From assembly GCA_017500855.1 (NCBI GenBank), contig JAFVYC010000039.1:12064-76063 (forward strand): a stretch of 64,000 nt of DNA, in the 5' to 3' direction. This document shows positions 62,492 through 64,000 of the stretch, piece by piece. The stretch is from Clostridia bacterium (GTDB lineage Bacteria; Bacillota; Clostridia; Christensenellales; CAG-314). The stretch's first letter is position 1. Each line of letters starts with the position of its first letter. The notes under the pieces were generated by a model. That model saw only the letters and a program-made list of their open reading frames with translations, was not told the origin of the DNA and did no database searches. A program made the position numbers and the translations under genes.

Positions 62492-62929
62492 CTACAAAAA
62501 CTTGAATTTGTGCTTGAAGTTGGTTGCATCCTTGTAGCCAAGTTTGCCGTAGAAATGCTCGTGCATTTCGTCGTTGATTGCCGAAAGTTGAAGTGTTGCA
62601 ACGCCCATTTGCTTGACACGGCGTTCAAGTTCCGCCATCATTTGCGTGCCAACGCCTTTGTTTTGGTAGGCGCTTGCCACAACAATTTCAGCAAGATTGT
62701 AGGCTGTCAAGTCGAAAAAAGTTTCCATTCTGCCCATTGCAAAAGCAATTGGTTGATTGCCGATTTCGGCAATGAGGCAGTAGGAATCGGGTGAACCAAG
62801 CACTTGCCAAATGCGCTTGTACACAAGGTCGGGCGTCCATTCGTCGCCCGTGCTGTTCCAATATTCCACAAACATGGGGATGACACGTTGGATGTCGTCC
62901 CTGTTCATTTGTCGGTAGGTGATGTTCAT
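62492..62929 (-). CDS. GNAT-family N-acetyltransferase
   Basis: ORF 62492-63058. Start moved to ATG 62929 (AGGAGA SD). IVVASAYQNKGVGTQMMAELERRV is acetyl-CoA motif A. Confidence 0.8.
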   Translation of the reverse strand: MNITYRQMNRDDIQRVIPMFVEYWNSTGDEWTPDLVYKRIWQVLGSPDSYCLIAEIGNQPIAFAMGRMETFFDLTAYNLAEIVVASAYQNKGVGTQMMAELERRVKQMGVATLQLSAINDEMHEHFYGKLGYKDATNFKHKFKFL

Positions 62930-63023
62930 GTTGTTCTCCTGTTGATTGTAGGCTTTTGAAGCGTTGCGCCTGTGTTGGAAATTGCACCGTTTGGGATTTT
63001 GCATTGCATTTCCACACAAAAAT

Positions 63024-63097
63024 GCCACCACGTGGTGCGAAATTACAAGGCTTTGCAAATTTCTTCCACAATTTGTTGTGGGGTTTTGCCGTTGGCA
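63024..63097. repeat. 74-bp direct repeat copy 2 (true aroK 3' end plus downstream palindrome CACCACGTGGTG)
   Basis: See 62398-62471. The two copies bracket the GNAT gene. Confidence 0.85.
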
Positions 63098-63531
63098 TCA
63101 ATGCAAATTTTGGCAAAAGTTTGGTAGTAGAAATTGCGAGTTTCCATTGTTTGCGCAAGTTGTTTTGGGTGCATTTGCCAAAACAGTGGTCGGCTTTGGT
63201 CGATGCGCTCGAATGCCGTTTGCGTGTCTATTTGTAGCCACACCACCGTGCTGTTTTGCGCAAGGGCGGAAAATTTGGGCGCAAGCACGCTTCCACCACC
63301 ACACGCCACAACGGTGTTTTGTGTTTGGCAAAGTTGCTCCACCACGGTGTTTTCCGTACGGCGAAAAAACAACTCGCCTTTTTGCTGAAAAACGTTGGCA
63401 ATTGTGTCGCCACAAAGTTGCACGATTTGCTCGTCCACGTCGACAAACTGCAAACCTAGTTGCTGTGCAAGCAATTTGCCAACGGTTGTTTTGCCGGAAG
63501 TGGCAAAGCCCACCAAAACTATGTTTTTCAT
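63043..63531 (-). CDS. aroK: Shikimate kinase
   Basis: ORF 63043-63606. Start moved to ATG 63531 (AGGAG SD; overlaps the aroQ stop). MKNIVLVGFATSGKTTVGKLLA Walker A, FVDVDEQI and GGGSVL. Confidence 0.88.
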   Translation of the reverse strand: MKNIVLVGFATSGKTTVGKLLAQQLGLQFVDVDEQIVQLCGDTIANVFQQKGELFFRRTENTVVEQLCQTQNTVVACGGGSVLAPKFSALAQNSTVVWLQIDTQTAFERIDQSRPLFWQMHPKQLAQTMETRNFYYQTFAKICIDANGKTPQQIVEEICKAL

Positions 63532-63953
63532 TGTTGCTCCTTTGCCAAAAATGCAACGGCGTCTAGGTAACTTTGCACACCTTTGCCTAGAAATTGCGCA
63601 ACGCAAACGTCCTTCAACACGTCAACGTGGCGGAAAGGTTCACGTTGGTAGATGTCCGTCATGTGCACTTCCACAACGGGCACGGACATGCATTCGATGC
63701 AGTCCCTCAATGCAATGGAATAGTGGCTGTAGGCGCCTGCGTTGAACACAACGGCATCGGCAGTTGTTTGTTGCAAAATGTCCACAAGAGTGCCTTCGGA
63801 ATTGCTTTGTTGGCACTCAACTTGGATGCCAAGCGTCTTGGCAAAGTCCACCACTTTTTGTTGCAAAGTTTGCAAAGTGTCGCTTCCGTACATGTTGACA
63901 TCTCGCTTGCCAAGCATGTTCATGTTGACACCATTAAGTAGCAAAATTTTCAT
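63528..63953 (-). CDS. aroQ: Type II 3-dehydroquinate dehydratase
   Basis: ORF 63528-63977. Start moved to ATG 63953 (GAGGT SD). MKILLLNGVNMNMLGKRD, QSNSEG, NAGAYSHYSIALRD and VEVHMTDI. Confidence 0.88.
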   Translation of the reverse strand: MKILLLNGVNMNMLGKRDVNMYGSDTLQTLQQKVVDFAKTLGIQVECQQSNSEGTLVDILQQTTADAVVFNAGAYSHYSIALRDCIECMSVPVVEVHMTDIYQREPFRHVDVLKDVCVAQFLGKGVQSYLDAVAFLAKEQQ

Positions 63954-64000
63954 TTTTTTACCTCGAATTTTCCCCAAAAACGTGGGGGCGTGTGCTAGAA

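Noticed and set aside
1-64000. Search by eye for tRNA, rRNA, tmRNA, transposase/IS ends and integrase/recombinase genes.
   Set aside because: I found no GGTTCGAATCC-type T-arm with matching acceptor stems, no rRNA-like conserved blocks, and no DDE/tyrosine/serine recombinase motifs in any ORF. A tRNAscan/Infernal run would be needed to be definitive.

Overview
This 64-kb chromosomal window looks like a Bacillota/Clostridia-type genome. Evidence for that: L27 with a cleavable N-terminal extension plus the Prp protease, tsaE-tsaB-rimI, a YhcN/YlaJ-like protein, strong AGGAGG Shine-Dalgarno sites, and TTGACA/TTGCAA-17-TATAAT promoters. I support about 54 protein-coding genes, most on the minus strand. 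They include a phage packaging fragment at the left edge (terL), envelope genes (polysaccharide deacetylase, murG, ddl, a membrane-anchored MurF-like ligase) and a type IIA topoisomerase B/A pair. Also present are the t6A genes, a CoADR-type oxidoreductase with a rhodanese domain, FMN-riboswitch-controlled ribU, deoC, pepF, ABC-F, a P-type ATPase, hisS, pgi, GH3/DUF4434-like/GH13 sugar genes, ogg, rplU-prp-rpmA and aroQ-aroK. I recognised no rRNA, tRNA, CRISPR array, transposase or recombinase gene. The interesting content is accessory. (i) Three proteins carry a canonical prepilin (class III) signal and N-terminal helix fused to very large non-pilin payloads: a 1139-aa BspA-type LRR protein, a 384-aa beta-helix protein and a 970-aa Cys-rich repeat protein. 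(ii) Upstream of the two-gene pilin locus, a 24-bp perfect inverted repeat encloses a 208-bp promoter-bearing segment flanked by back-to-back terminators, which makes it a candidate invertible promoter. (iii) REP-like hairpin repeat clusters and an array of seven tandem mini-palindromes flank that island. (iv) WYL- and XRE-regulated operons encode unknown membrane proteins and have clear operator/promoter architecture. (v) There are two segmental micro-duplications: a 210-bp inverted internal pgi fragment, and the 74-bp aroK 3' end duplicated around a GNAT gene. (vi) A co-oriented dispersed motif TTTTTGCACCACGGGGTGGGGGTTTTG occurs at least 11 times (once inside ddl), and there are several unusual AT-rich/T-rich repeat arrays. 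All functional calls are motif recognition by eye; no database search or folding program was available.
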